Assembly: GCA_963762255.1 (NCBI GenBank)
Contig: CAVXKA010000002.1
Coordinates: 672,001-736,000 of the forward strand
DNA length: 64,000 nt
Source of the DNA: Candidatus Eiseniibacteriota bacterium
GTDB taxonomy: Bacteria; Eisenbacteria; RBG-16-71-46; JABDJR01
Direction of reading: 5' to 3'
Below, piece by piece: positions 1 to 9,946 of the stretch (position 1 is the stretch's first letter; every line of letters starts with the position of its first letter). The notes beneath the pieces were generated by a model that was not told the DNA's origin, ran no database searches, and saw nothing but the letters and a program-made list of their open reading frames with translations. A program made the position numbers and the translations under genes.

Positions 1-2348
1 GCGTTCTCGAACACACCGCCGCCACGGTTGCGAAGCAGGCGATTGGGACCCGCTCCATAATCGGGCAGGAAGATGTCGATGTCGCCGTCGTTGTCGTAGT
101 CCGCGCAGGCCATCCCCATGCTCTGGGTCGAATCGGCGAAGGCCAGCGGTGTCGCGTCGGTGAAGTTCCCTCCACCGTCGTTGCGCAGGAGATAATCGTC
201 CCCCTCGGCGACGATCAGAAGGTCCAGGTCCAGATCGTTGTCGTAGTCGATCCATGTCGCCGCCGCGTAGCCGTCATAGGTGGTGCCGAGCGGGCCGGTC
301 GTCACGTCCACGAAGGTGCCCGCGTCGTTGCGCAAGAGTTGGCTGACGGACCCTCCCCCCGGCGATTTGGCCACGTAGAGATCGGGGTCACCATCGTCGT
401 CGAAGTCCCCCCATGCCCCAGCCCGCCCTTCTCCAAACTGTAGGGCGGCAGGGGTCCTGTCGGTGAAGTACCCGTCGCGCGAGTTGTGGAAGAGCTTGTC
501 GCCGCCCCCGTTCGCAAGGAAGAGATCCAGGAATCCGTCCCGGTCGTAGTCGGCCCACGAGGCCCTCTGGCCGCTCACAGGGTCGTTCAGCGGCGGGAGC
601 GTCGCATCGACGAAGGTTCCGTTGTCGTTCCGATAGAGCGCGTTGGTCCCGATGTTGACGACCGCGTAGATGTCGAGATCCCCGTCGTTGTCGTAGTCCC
701 CCCAGACCGCATCGAGATCGTACCCGGGGTGGTCGAACGGCGACGGCACCACCTCCACGAGCGTGACCCCATTGTTGTGGAAGAGCTTGTCGGGACCGCC
801 CGGGACCACGGCGTACAGGTCGAGGTTGCCGTCCCCGTCGTAATCCGCGATCGCGACGCCGGTGGCGCTGAACGGACCCGCCAGCGCCGGCGGGGTTTGA
901 TTAACGAACTGCTCGAACACCGCGAGTTGGTAGCTTCCGCTCTGCCCGTCGTCGTTGGCGGCGACAAGACCGTGATAGGCGCTCGCCGTGGGAATGAAGT
1001 GGGTGCATCCCCCATCGGAGTCGACGAGCGCGTCGAGGCGCGATTGCCAGAGACCGGCATCCGGACTCAGAACGACCGCCTTCACGTCCGCGCCGTACCG
1101 CTGCAAGTGGACCTGATAGTCGACGTTGGCCTTCGGGAGGAAATCCCAGATCTCGAGCACGTCGTCCGAGCTGGTGCTGCGCGACACCCACGAGGCGAGG
1201 GGCAGTACATTCCCCCCGTCATCCCATTCCGTCCTGGCGTCCCCCGGTCCGGACTCCCTGGAAACCGCGGCGTAGTACGTGCCCAACGGGCCATACCCCC
1301 GATTGAAGTTCCCGGCCGCGAAATCCACGAATCCGGCCGGATGAGAAGTCTGCGCCAGAAGCTCACCGAAACAGACCGGCCACCAGGATCCAGTCGGGGT
1401 CCCGTAGCTCGCAACGTTCCAGTTCGTCTCGGGCCCGTCGGCGCGGACCCCCACCGCAGACCAGTATTCCTCGGTCTGCTGCATGCTGTAGTGCGCGTTC
1501 ACAGCCGGCGTCACGACGCTCGTCCCGCTCACGAGAGGTGTCGCGGAGGGACAGGCGCCTACTTCCACCGTGTACGTCCCGGACTCCCCATTGTCATTGA
1601 CCACAACCAGGCCGTACCAGTCCGAGACGCCTGGCATATAACTCACGCCGAAGTTGGACGTCGCATAGCACACCGCGCTCGCTCTGGCCGCGTAGTACTC
1701 ACCCGAGCCCGGACTCTTGAAGACGAGGATCTGCAGTTGGGCGGCCCCGATCGACTTCAGCAGGACGTGGTAGTCCTTACTTGCTTCCAGGTACACGTCC
1801 CAGATCTCGAGGATGTCCTCGGGTCCGGTCGTCCGCTCCAGAGGTGGGGCGTTCACCGTGATCGTTTCCGCGCCCGAGTCCCACTCGATGAGTCCGTTCT
1901 CCGTGCCGTAGTAGTGGGAGTAGGCGACGATGTCCTCACCGAGCGCATTGTGATTGAAGTCGCCAACTACGAAATCCACGCCTGAGGATCGATTGGAATA
2001 GGTCAGTAAGGTCTCGACACAGGGGGGAGGGAGCGCCCCCTCATCCGCGTAGAGCTGGATATCCCAGTCCTCCCCCGGCGCCGATCGAATGCCCACCGCC
2101 GACCAGAAGCCGACCGACTGCTGATAGGAATGGTAGTACTCGTCCGGGGGGCTCGACGGATACGCGGTGGCGCTCACTCCGGAAGCGAGAGGCGTGAACC
2201 AGCAGTTGATGAGGTCGAGCGGGCCCGCCGAAGAAGTGGTGGCGGTCCGAGTCCCCGCGTCGGCTGGCTTGGACGCCTCCGGAGAAGAGACGGTGAGGCT
2301 GGCGAGGGCAAGACCTATCAATCCGACGCCGATCAGGCAAGAGCGCAT
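1..2348 (-). CDS. Secreted FG-GAP/VCBS-repeat (beta-propeller, CRTAC1/ASPIC-like) protein; runs off the left edge
   Basis: Absent from the ORF track because no stop falls in the window. ATG at 2348 follows a GGAGG RBS. Signal-peptide-like start MRSCLIGVGLIGLALASLTVSS. Six in-frame D(Y/F)DxDGDxD repeats between about 75 and 850. Confidence 0.85.
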   Translation of the reverse strand, partial: MRSCLIGVGLIGLALASLTVSSPEASKPADAGTRTATTSSAGPLDLINCWFTPLASGVSATAYPSSPPDEYYHSYQQSVGFWSAVGIRSAPGEDWDIQLYADEGALPPPCVETLLTYSNRSSGVDFVVGDFNHNALGEDIVAYSHYYGTENGLIEWDSGAETITVNAPPLERTTGPEDILEIWDVYLEASKDYHVLLKSIGAAQLQILVFKSPGSGEYYAARASAVCYATSNFGVSYMPGVSDWYGLVVVNDNGESGTYTVEVGACPSATPLVSGTSVVTPAVNAHYSMQQTEEYWSAVGVRADGPETNWNVASYGTPTGSWWPVCFGELLAQTSHPAGFVDFAAGNFNRGYGPLGTYYAAVSRESGPGDARTEWDDGGNVLPLASWVSRSTSSDDVLEIWDFLPKANVDYQVHLQRYGADVKAVVLSPDAGLWQSRLDALVDSDGGCTHFIPTASAYHGLVAANDDGQSGSYQLAVFEQFVNQTPPALAGPFSATGVAIADYDGDGNLDLYAVVPGGPDKLFHNNGVTLVEVVPSPFDHPGYDLDAVWGDYDNDGDLDIYAVVNIGTNALYRNDNGTFVDATLPPLNDPVSGQRASWADYDRDGFLDLFLANGGGDKLFHNSRDGYFTDRTPAALQFGEGRAGAWGDFDDDGDPDLYVAKSPGGGSVSQLLRNDAGTFVDVTTGPLGTTYDGYAAATWIDYDNDLDLDLLIVAEGDDYLLRNDGGGNFTDATPLAFADSTQSMGMACADYDNDGDIDIFLPDYGAGPNRLLRNRGGGVFEN

Positions 2349-2382
2349 GTTCACCTCCGAGGACGTGACAACGCCGGTACTC

Positions 2383-2401
2383 GATAATGATGACAATTCT
2401 T
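2383..2401. promoter_or_regulatory. Fur-box-like AT-rich site upstream of the FG-GAP gene
   Basis: GATAATGATGACAATTCTT matches 14/19 of the Fur consensus GATAATGATAATCATTATC by hand count, in an AT-rich intergenic patch. Confidence 0.35.
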
Positions 2402-2463
2402 ATTCTATTTGCTGGTCGAATTATTGTAGCAGAATCCAGGAAGCCGCGTCGGATCAGGCGAAG

Positions 2464-3249
2464 CTAGGCCCCGCCCTCGGTCCGCCACGCTTCCGGCAGC
2501 AGCGCCGCCGCCGAGCGATCGAGCAGCCAGAGCGTGGACTTGAGCGACACCATGCGCGCGGGATGGTGCGGCGAGGCCTCGGGGGCCTGGAGCGCATCCC
2601 GCACTGCCTCGGCCTTGTCGGCGCCGGAAACCAGAAACATCGTGCACCGCGTGGAGCACAGCGCGGCGGGAGTCAAGGACACGCGCGGCTGACCGCTCGG
2701 GTGCGCGGTGGCCACCGCAAGCCGGACACCGAAGTCGGGCCACTCGTCCGCGGGGAAGAGCGAGGCGACGTGCCCGTCGCTGCCCAAGCCCAACACGACG
2801 AGATCGAAGAGCGGCACGCGCTGCGCCCACACGAGAAGCATCTTGTGCGTCTTCTCCGCCGCTTTCTCGGGGGAATACTCGCCGGGGATGCGGATCAGGC
2901 GGTCGGTGGGCACGCCGAGCGGCGCGAACAGCGCCTCGTTGGCCATACGAAAATTGGATTCCTCGTCGGTCACCGGAACACAGCGTTCATCGGTAAGCAC
3001 GAAGCGCACGCGCCGCCACGGCACGCGACTGCGCAGCGTGGGCGCCGAGAGGCGTTCATATACGGGGAACGGCGTGCGTCCACCTGCCAGGGCCACACGG
3101 GGACCGCTCGGCGACTCCCCCAACCGCGCGGTGAAGTAATCGGCCGCGGCGTCCATGAGCCCCGTCTTGTCGTCGTAGATTCTCAGGCGATGCCCCTCGG
3201 GCAGCGTGTCGCTCACCGCATCATCCCCCGCTCCGAGCCGTGCCGTCAT
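2464..3249 (-). CDS. pgl: 6-phosphogluconolactonase
   Basis: Motifs ALAGGRTP, DERCVP..ESNF, LGLGSDGHVASLFP and RVSLT. ATG overlaps the opcA stop (TGATG); alternative GTG start at 3216. Confidence 0.92.
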   Translation of the reverse strand: MTARLGAGDDAVSDTLPEGHRLRIYDDKTGLMDAAADYFTARLGESPSGPRVALAGGRTPFPVYERLSAPTLRSRVPWRRVRFVLTDERCVPVTDEESNFRMANEALFAPLGVPTDRLIRIPGEYSPEKAAEKTHKMLLVWAQRVPLFDLVVLGLGSDGHVASLFPADEWPDFGVRLAVATAHPSGQPRVSLTPAALCSTRCTMFLVSGADKAEAVRDALQAPEASPHHPARMVSLKSTLWLLDRSAAALLPEAWRTEGGA

Positions 3250-4392
3250 CACGGCCTTTCCAGTGCGCCCAGGCGCCGGGCCAGATCCATGGCCTCGCGT
3301 GCCGCGCGCGACATCTCGCGCCGGCGTATCTCCTCCACCACCGCGCTTGCCCGGCTCGTCTTGGTCTGGTTGAGCCGGGCGGCCGGTGCACCTCCCTCCT
3401 CGATGAGGATGGCTCCCTCGGCAGGGAGGCGCCTCCAGCATACAGAAACCGAAGGCTCCGCGAAGTCCATCGTGACGGCAAGGAGCGTGGACCCCCCTGC
3501 CGGGACGGACGCCGCGACAATGCGGACGGCGATCGGGCCGGCCAGACCGACGAACGAAGCGCCTGTTTCGGCGGCGCGCGCCCTGTCGAGGACGCGCCAG
3601 CCAAGACGCGAGGCAAGCCAACCGAGGAAGAGCCATGCCTTGAGCCGGCCTCCCGAGCCCTCGGCGACTGTCACGCTCACCGCGCGGATTGCGTCCAGAT
3701 TCTGCGCGCGCACCCCGTCGAAGCGGGAAGCCACCGCGCGCCGCCAATCGCCGAGTTCCGTCCAGAGAAGATCCCGGCAGGGCGGCGTCACGGTGTCCGG
3801 CGCCAGGCAGCGATCCCACAGCGCGAGCCCCTCGGCGATCCCGAGGTGGGACGCGTTGCCCAATAGAAGGTCGAGGTCGGACGAGAGCTCGCGCACCCAT
3901 CCCAGTGCCAGCGGCGACGTGCGTTCCGAGAGCGCGACCAACGGCACCCCGCCCACCGCGAGCGCACGCACTCCAGCCGCGATCACGCGATCCGCTCCGG
4001 TCGGCGCTTCCAGGTGAACGCTTTCGCAGCACACGAGCGACGCGCCGCTGGCGTAGCGCGAGCAGGTCGCGCTCACCCACGCCTGCGACCGTGTGTGCGC
4101 TGCGTCTGTCTCGACAAGCGATCACCCGCGAGGGATGTAGGCGCGCGATGTCGTCGACGAGATCCTGCATCCCGTCGTCTCCTGCGGCGGGTGCGACCAG
4201 CGTTGCCCGGCAGGCGCGCGCCACCGAGCGCCCCGTCTCACCCTCGCCGACCGCCGCTTCCGACTCCCAGAGCGCGGCGAGATCGCGCTCCACCGCGGCC
4301 GCGTCGAATCCGACCGGCGCGCTGCGGCCTAGCTGGACGACGTCTTCGTGTCCGGCCCGTGGCGCCGACGGCGCAGCGTCCGGCGCGTTCAT
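3249..4392 (-). CDS. opcA: Glucose-6-phosphate dehydrogenase assembly protein OpcA, with an apparent 1-nt frameshift near 4119
   Basis: Lies between zwf and pgl. Motifs AVERDLAALW, HPSRVI, VCCESVHL, DLLWTELGDWR and LGWLASRLGW. Removing one base at about 4119 joins the two frames (…RVILVETDAAHTRSQAWVSATC…). Confidence 0.8.
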
Positions 4393-5981
4393 CAGAGCCG
4401 CAACCACCGGCGGCCATCCGCTTCGAGCAGACGGTCCGCCTCGGCGGGACCCCACGTCCCCGCCTCGTAGAACGCGGGTTCCGGAGCGTTGCGTTCAGCG
4501 CCCCACGCTTCCGCGATCGGATCGACGAGGGACCACGCGAGCTCGACTTCGTCGCGGCGCGCGAACAGCGTCGAGTCGCCGGTGATCGCGTCCAGAAGAA
4601 GGCGCTCGTACGCCTCGGGGGGTTCCTTGCCGAACGAAGTGGAGTAGTTGAAGTCCATCCGCACTTCGTCGATGCGCATCGCTTGCGCCGGAGCCTTCGA
4701 CTCGAAGGAGAGCGAGATCCCCTCGTCGGGCTGGATGCGCAGGCGCAGCACGTTGGACCTCGGCCGCTCGGCGCCGCTCCCACGAAAGAGTTCGTAGGGC
4801 GGCTTCTTGAAGACGATGCCGATCTCTGTGGCGCGCTTGGGGAGCCGCTTGCCGGAACGCAGGTAGAACGGCGTTCCCGCCCACCGCCAGTTCGCCGCTT
4901 CGAGCTTGAGCGCGAGGTAGGTGTCCGTCCGCGAGCCGGTCGCCACGCCCGGTTCCTCGCGATAGCCGGGCACGCTCTCGCCGCCGGCGAGCCCCGCTCC
5001 GTACTGCCCGCGCACCACGCGGCGCGCGATCTCGTCCGGCGCGAAGGGCACGATGGAACGGAGCACCTTGGCCTTCTCGTCGCGCACCGACTTGGCGTCG
5101 AAGCGGACCGGCGGCTCCATGCAGACGAGCATCATGAGCTGGAGCAGGTGGTTCTGCAGCATGTCGCGCAGCACGCCCGCCTCCTCGTAGTAGCCCGCGC
5201 GCCCCTCCAATCCCACCGACTCGGCCACCGCGATCTGAACGTGATCGACGTAGCGACTGTTCCATAGCGGTTCGAAGATGCCGTTGTCGAGGCGGAACAC
5301 CAGGATGTTCTGCACCGTCTCCTTGCCCAGGTAATGATCAATACGAAACACCTGATCCTCATCGAACACGCCGAGCAACGTGTCGTTGAGGGCGCGCGCA
5401 GAAGCGAGATCCCGCCCAAACGGCTTCTCGACGACGATGCGCGACGCGCCCGCCTGGCCGGGGGCCCGCACGAGCCCGGCCCGGCCCAGATTCTGGATGA
5501 TCGTGGGATACGCGCTGGGCGGAGTGGCGAGATAGAAGAGATGCACGCCGGGATGGCCGCGCTCGGCGTCGATCGCGCGCAGCCGCTCTCCCAGCTTGCG
5601 GTAGGTCGCCTCGTCCTGGAACTCGCCGCAGACGTAGCTCAGGTCCCCGCAGAGCTGCGTCCACACTGCGTTGTCCACCGGACGACGGCGCGAGAAGCGG
5701 TCCACTCCCTCTCGCATTTCGGTGTGGAACTTCTCATCGGTCCAGTCACGCCGCGCCACGCCCACCACGCTGGTGTCTGGATGGAGAAGGCCCTCCCAAG
5801 CCAGGTTGTAAATCGCGGGGAGGAGCTTGCGGTGGGTGAGATCGCCGGTGGCGCCGAACATGACGAGCGTGCACGGGACCGGCTCGCGCTGCGACTCCAT
5901 CCCCACGCGAAGCGGGTTCGCACTCGCTGCGGCGGACGGCGGAGCGGCGGGATCCCCGGCGCCTCGGTCGGCCCCGCTCAA
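4392..5981 (-). CDS. zwf: Glucose-6-phosphate 1-dehydrogenase
   Basis: Motifs FGATGDL, VEKPFG, RIDHYLGKETVQN and WAGTPFYLRSGKRL. Probable TTG start overlaps the gnd stop; alternative ATG at 5900. Confidence 0.96.
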   Translation of the reverse strand: MSGADRGAGDPAAPPSAAASANPLRVGMESQREPVPCTLVMFGATGDLTHRKLLPAIYNLAWEGLLHPDTSVVGVARRDWTDEKFHTEMREGVDRFSRRRPVDNAVWTQLCGDLSYVCGEFQDEATYRKLGERLRAIDAERGHPGVHLFYLATPPSAYPTIIQNLGRAGLVRAPGQAGASRIVVEKPFGRDLASARALNDTLLGVFDEDQVFRIDHYLGKETVQNILVFRLDNGIFEPLWNSRYVDHVQIAVAESVGLEGRAGYYEEAGVLRDMLQNHLLQLMMLVCMEPPVRFDAKSVRDEKAKVLRSIVPFAPDEIARRVVRGQYGAGLAGGESVPGYREEPGVATGSRTDTYLALKLEAANWRWAGTPFYLRSGKRLPKRATEIGIVFKKPPYELFRGSGAERPRSNVLRLRIQPDEGISLSFESKAPAQAMRIDEVRMDFNYSTSFGKEPPEAYERLLLDAITGDSTLFARRDEVELAWSLVDPIAEAWGAERNAPEPAFYEAGTWGPAEADRLLEADGRRWLRL

Positions 5982-6886
5982 GACGACGCCTTCTTCACCG
6001 CGTGCCCTCCGAACTGCTGCCGGAGCGCGGCCAGCACCTTGGCCTGAAAGGAGTCTTCCTGCCGCGAGCGGAACCGCGTCATGAGCGCCGCGTAGAGCAC
6101 CGGCGCGGGAACGTCGTGGTCGACGGACTCCTGAAGCGTCCAGCGTCCCTCGCCGGAGTCGGACACGTAGCCGCTGAGCGATGCCAGCGACGGATCCTCG
6201 GCGAAGGCCCGCCCCGCCAGCTCCAGAAGCCACGATCGCACCACGCTCCCCTGCATCCAGACCGAGCAGAGCTGCTCGAGGTCGAACCCGTAGTCGGAGG
6301 CGTTGAGGATCTCGAAGCCTTCCGCGTAGGCCTGCATGAGGCCGTACTCGATCCCGTTGTGGACCATCTTCGCGTAGTGCCCCGCCCCCGACGGACCCAC
6401 GCGGGCCCAGCCCTGATCGCGCGCGGGAGCCAGGGTCTCGAAGATCGGTCGCACGCGATCCACGACCGACGTCTCGCCGCCGATCATGAGCGAGTAGCCG
6501 TTATCGAGCCCCCACACGCCGCCGCTCACACCTGCGTCGATGAAGTGAAGGCTGCGCTCCCGCAGCGCCTGCCCGCGGCGCACCGAGTCCTTGAAGTAGC
6601 TGTTGCCGCCGTCGATGACGACGTCGCCGGGAGCGAGCACATCGGCCAGGCTCCAGATCGTCGTCTCTGTCGGGTCCCCCGCCGGAACCATGACCCACGC
6701 GGTGCGCGGCGGCCGCAGCTTCCCCGCGGCCTCGGCGAGCGTCGACGCACCTTCCGCTCCCTCCGCGACCATGGCCGCCACGGCCTCGCGATCGAGGTCG
6801 AAGACCACCACGCGATGCCCGCCGCGCAGGAGCCGCCGCGTCATGTTGGCGCCCATCTTGCCGAGTCCGATCATCACGATATCCAT
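5978..6886 (-). CDS. gnd: 6-phosphogluconate dehydrogenase, decarboxylating (short YqeC type)
   Basis: Motifs IGLGKMG, IDGGNS, GVSGG, KMVHNGIEYG, SDSGEGRWT and FGGH. Confidence 0.95.
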   Translation of the reverse strand: MDIVMIGLGKMGANMTRRLLRGGHRVVVFDLDREAVAAMVAEGAEGASTLAEAAGKLRPPRTAWVMVPAGDPTETTIWSLADVLAPGDVVIDGGNSYFKDSVRRGQALRERSLHFIDAGVSGGVWGLDNGYSLMIGGETSVVDRVRPIFETLAPARDQGWARVGPSGAGHYAKMVHNGIEYGLMQAYAEGFEILNASDYGFDLEQLCSVWMQGSVVRSWLLELAGRAFAEDPSLASLSGYVSDSGEGRWTLQESVDHDVPAPVLYAALMTRFRSRQEDSFQAKVLAALRQQFGGHAVKKASS

Positions 6887-7602
6887 CACAGATCTCCTCC
6901 GTCGGGTCGAAGCACGATCTCCTCCGGCACCGAGCGCGGGTCCGTGGACAACGCCCAGATCACCGCGTCCGCCACCGAGCCCGGCGACATGAGTCGATCC
7001 GCGGGCGGGGCCTTTGCGTGCTCCCACATCGCGGTCGCGGTCGCGCCGGGAATGACCGCGGTGACGCGCACGCCGGTTCCGAGCGTCTCTTCCCGTAGCA
7101 CGCGCGTGAACCCGAGCAACCCGAACTTCGACGCGCCGTAGGCGCCGCAGCCGCGATACGCCTTCACACCCGCCACCGAGACGTTCATCACGACGTGCCC
7201 CTCGCGCGCGGCCAGCATCTCCGGGAGCACCTCGCGGGTGAAGAAGAACGGTCCACGCAGGTTGGTCTCCATAGCGCGATTCCAGACTTCCGTGGTGAGC
7301 TTCGCCACCGAAGCGTATTCCGCCACCCCCGCGTTGTTGATGAGGATGGACACGCGGCCGAAGCGCTCGCGCGCCGCATCCACCGCCCGGCGCACATTGT
7401 CCTCGCGGCGCACATCGCACACGATCGGCTCGAACGCGACCTCGTGCCCCGCGGCGTCGGCATCCCGCCCCAGCGCCTGGAGCGGCTCCTCGCGGCGGCC
7501 GACGCCGGCTACGTTCACGCCCAGCGCCAGCAACCGGAGCGCGATCTCGCGCCCTATGCCTGTCCCCGCGCCAGTCACGATCGCGGTACGGCCGGAGAGC
7601 AT
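6886..7602 (-). CDS. SDR oxidoreductase, sepiapterin-reductase-like
   Basis: Motifs TGAGTGIG, NNAG and YGASK; C-terminus EEIVLRPDGGDL. Directly follows folE and PTPS. Confidence 0.85.
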   Translation of the reverse strand: MLSGRTAIVTGAGTGIGREIALRLLALGVNVAGVGRREEPLQALGRDADAAGHEVAFEPIVCDVRREDNVRRAVDAARERFGRVSILINNAGVAEYASVAKLTTEVWNRAMETNLRGPFFFTREVLPEMLAAREGHVVMNVSVAGVKAYRGCGAYGASKFGLLGFTRVLREETLGTGVRVTAVIPGATATAMWEHAKAPPADRLMSPGSVADAVIWALSTDPRSVPEEIVLRPDGGDL

Positions 7603-8186
7603 CAGATCTCCGTCCTGTGCTTGAGCAAGTCCAGGAATTCGTTGCGTGTCCCGCGGTCCTCGCGGAACACGCCCAGCATGGCGCTGGTGATCGCCACCGA
7701 GTGCTGCTTCTGCACGCCGCGCATGGTCATGCACATGTGCGTCGCCTCGATCACCACCCCCACCCCCTGCGGCTGCAAGAGCTTTTGGATGGTCTGGGCG
7801 ATCTGGTTGGTCAAGCGCTCCTGCACCTGGAGTCGCCGCGCGCACACATCCACCAGGCGCGGGATCTTTGAGAACCCGACGATCTTGCCGTTGGGGATGT
7901 AGGCCACATGGGCCTTTCCCACGAACGGGAGGAGATGGTGCTCGCACATCGAATAGAGTTCGATGTCCCGGATGCAGATCATCTCGTCGGTGTCCTCGCT
8001 GAACAGGGCCTTGTTGAGCACGTCTTCCGGATCCTGCTTGTAGCCCTGCAAGAGGAAGCGATAGGCCTGGGCCACGCGGTGGGGTGTGCGCAGGAGCCCT
8101 TCGCGCTCGGGATCCTCGCCCAGCTCGACCAGCATCTCGCGCACCAGCGCTTCCAGTCGCGCGTTGTCCAATGGTTTCATCATCAA
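7602..8186 (-). CDS. folE: GTP cyclohydrolase I
   Basis: Motifs [35 protein letters not shown] and HMCMTMRGV. Confidence 0.97.
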   Translation of the reverse strand: MMMKPLDNARLEALVREMLVELGEDPEREGLLRTPHRVAQAYRFLLQGYKQDPEDVLNKALFSEDTDEMICIRDIELYSMCEHHLLPFVGKAHVAYIPNGKIVGFSKIPRLVDVCARRLQVQERLTNQIAQTIQKLLQPQGVGVVIEATHMCMTMRGVQKQHSVAITSAMLGVFREDRGTRNEFLDLLKHRTEI

Positions 8187-8614
8187 CCTCTTTCGGGTCC
8201 GTAGAAATCCACGACGTTTCGATCGGTCTCATAGAGTCGGATGCGATACAGGATCCCCGCGGGAAGCGCCGGCTCCAGCACCTCCCAGGCCGCCACGGCG
8301 ATGTTCTCCGCGGTCGGGATGCGACCCCGCATGAAGTCCACGTCGCGGTTGAAATCGCGGTGGTCGCAACGCTCCCAGAACTCGCGCACGATGACCGCCT
8401 TGAGATGCTTGAGATCGACAACCATGCCGGTCTCAGGATCGGGCTTCCCGCGCACCGTCACCTCGAGCACGTAGTTGTGGCCGTGCCCGCCCTCGGTGGC
8501 GCACTTGCCGAAGACGGCGGCGTTCCGCGCATCGTCCCAGGCCGGATTGTGGAGCCGGTGCGCCGCGCAGAAGGCGATGCGCTTGGTGAGGTAGAGAGAA
8601 CCGTCCCGCATCAT
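8183..8614 (-). CDS. 6-pyruvoyl-tetrahydropterin synthase (PTPS-II type, Cx5HGH)
   Basis: Motifs [32 protein letters not shown] and LYETDRN. Confidence 0.92.
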   Translation of the reverse strand: MMRDGSLYLTKRIAFCAAHRLHNPAWDDARNAAVFGKCATEGGHGHNYVLEVTVRGKPDPETGMVVDLKHLKAVIVREFWERCDHRDFNRDVDFMRGRIPTAENIAVAAWEVLEPALPAGILYRIRLYETDRNVVDFYGPERG

Positions 8615-9825
8615 CGCGCATCTCCTTCGCTCTCAGCGCCCGGCGCGCCTCCGCCACGCCGCCACGCATCCGCAAGCTCGCTCAGTCGTCCGGCGGGGAG
8701 TTTGCCCGTTCCAAGCCGATCGTTGCCCCCTCCGCGTCCTTCGCACGCGGCCAGCAGACCGCGCAGCACAGTACCGGCATGCGCGGGCCACCCCGAGGGC
8801 ACGGCGAGCGCCGCCCGCCCCTCGGCGCCGTTCGCGCTGGTGAGCAGCACCGGCGCGCCCCGCCGATCCGCCAGCGCCGACGCCATCGGCACCAGCCACT
8901 CGGCGCGGCCCGGCCCGACGTCCCGCACGAACGCGCCATCCACCGGCTCGGCAGCCCAGCGCTCGATCCGGTCCTCGCGCAGCTCGGTCTCGGCCTTCTC
9001 CGCCCGCGCGCGCTCGGCCCGCGCCTCCTCCTGAATCGCGGCGGCCCGCTCCGGCACGTCGAACTCATCGACGGTCAGCGCCAGGGCCAGACCCCGTAGC
9101 GCGCGATGCCGCCGCGCGTAGTCCCCCAGCGCGCGCGCCCCGCAGACGAACTCGATCCGGAGTCCCCCCTTCTTCCGCTCCCAGCGCAGGATCTTGATCG
9201 GTCCCACCTGGCCCGCCCGGTCGCAATGGGTGCCGCAGCAGGGAGTCGCGTCGAAAGTGCCCACGGCCACGACGCGGACGGGTCCTTCCGCCGGCGCTTC
9301 CTTGCGGAGGTGCCGAGGCGCGGAGGCGGCGTCGGGGTACCATGCGGCCACCACAGGGAGATCGGACATGACCACAACGTTCGCGGCGCGCTCGGCGCGG
9401 TCCATCGCATCCTCATCCAGGTTATCGCGGTCGAGATCGATCGTGCAGCGGTCCGCCCCCAGATGGAAGCCGACCGTGCCCGCCGCGGCCAGGTCGAGGA
9501 ACGCCCGACTCAAGATGTGCTGCCCGGTGTGCTGCTGGCGGTGATCGAGCCGGCGCTCCCAGTCCACCTCGCCGCTCACCGGACCCTCGGCGAGCACGCC
9601 CAAGATACGGTGGACAACGGTCTCGCCCTCTTCGAACACGTCCACGACGCGGCAGCCCCCGAGCACGCCGAGATCGTGCGGCTGGCCTCCTCCGGTGGGA
9701 TAGAGCGCCGTGCGATCGAGCACGACGTCGCAGAGCCCCTCTCCCGCGGCGCGGGCAGAGAGCACGACGGCGTCGAAGGCGCGCAGCGCGGAATCCTCGT
9801 AGTAGAGTCGTTGGGTGGCCGGCAT
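8611..9825 (-). CDS. Alanyl-tRNA editing protein (AlaX-L type with DHHA1 domain)
   Basis: Motifs LYYED, GGGQPHDLG, QHTGQHILS (HxxxH), CCGTH and C-terminal GRGGG. Confidence 0.9.
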   Translation of the reverse strand: MPATQRLYYEDSALRAFDAVVLSARAAGEGLCDVVLDRTALYPTGGGQPHDLGVLGGCRVVDVFEEGETVVHRILGVLAEGPVSGEVDWERRLDHRQQHTGQHILSRAFLDLAAAGTVGFHLGADRCTIDLDRDNLDEDAMDRAERAANVVVMSDLPVVAAWYPDAASAPRHLRKEAPAEGPVRVVAVGTFDATPCCGTHCDRAGQVGPIKILRWERKKGGLRIEFVCGARALGDYARRHRALRGLALALTVDEFDVPERAAAIQEEARAERARAEKAETELREDRIERWAAEPVDGAFVRDVGPGRAEWLVPMASALADRRGAPVLLTSANGAEGRAALAVPSGWPAHAGTVLRGLLAACEGRGGGNDRLGTGKLPAGRLSELADAWRRGGGAPGAESEGDAR

Positions 9826-9946
9826 CGGTCGAATACCCCGCAGGTGACGTTCCAGTATACGCGAAGGCGACTTCTGCTATACTGCTTCACGAGCGTGATC
9901 GGCGGCCTTCCCTGCATGGTCTTGCCGGATCGGGTTCAGGAGTCAG

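Noticed and set aside
486-1985. 499-aa plus-strand ORF
   Set aside because: Antisense shadow of the FG-GAP gene; no motifs.
2464-4455. 663-aa ORF suggesting an OpcA-Pgl fusion
   Set aside because: Artefact of the opcA frameshift reading through into pgl; the middle section is out-of-frame sequence.
5978-8421. Long N-terminal extensions on gnd (to 7420) and the SDR (to 8421)
   Set aside because: They overlap real upstream genes in other frames; coupled starts exist at 6886 and 7602.
8183-8614. queD or 7-deazaguanine DNA-modification cluster
   Set aside because: The motif is Cx5HGH, and no queC, queE or dpdA is present in the window.
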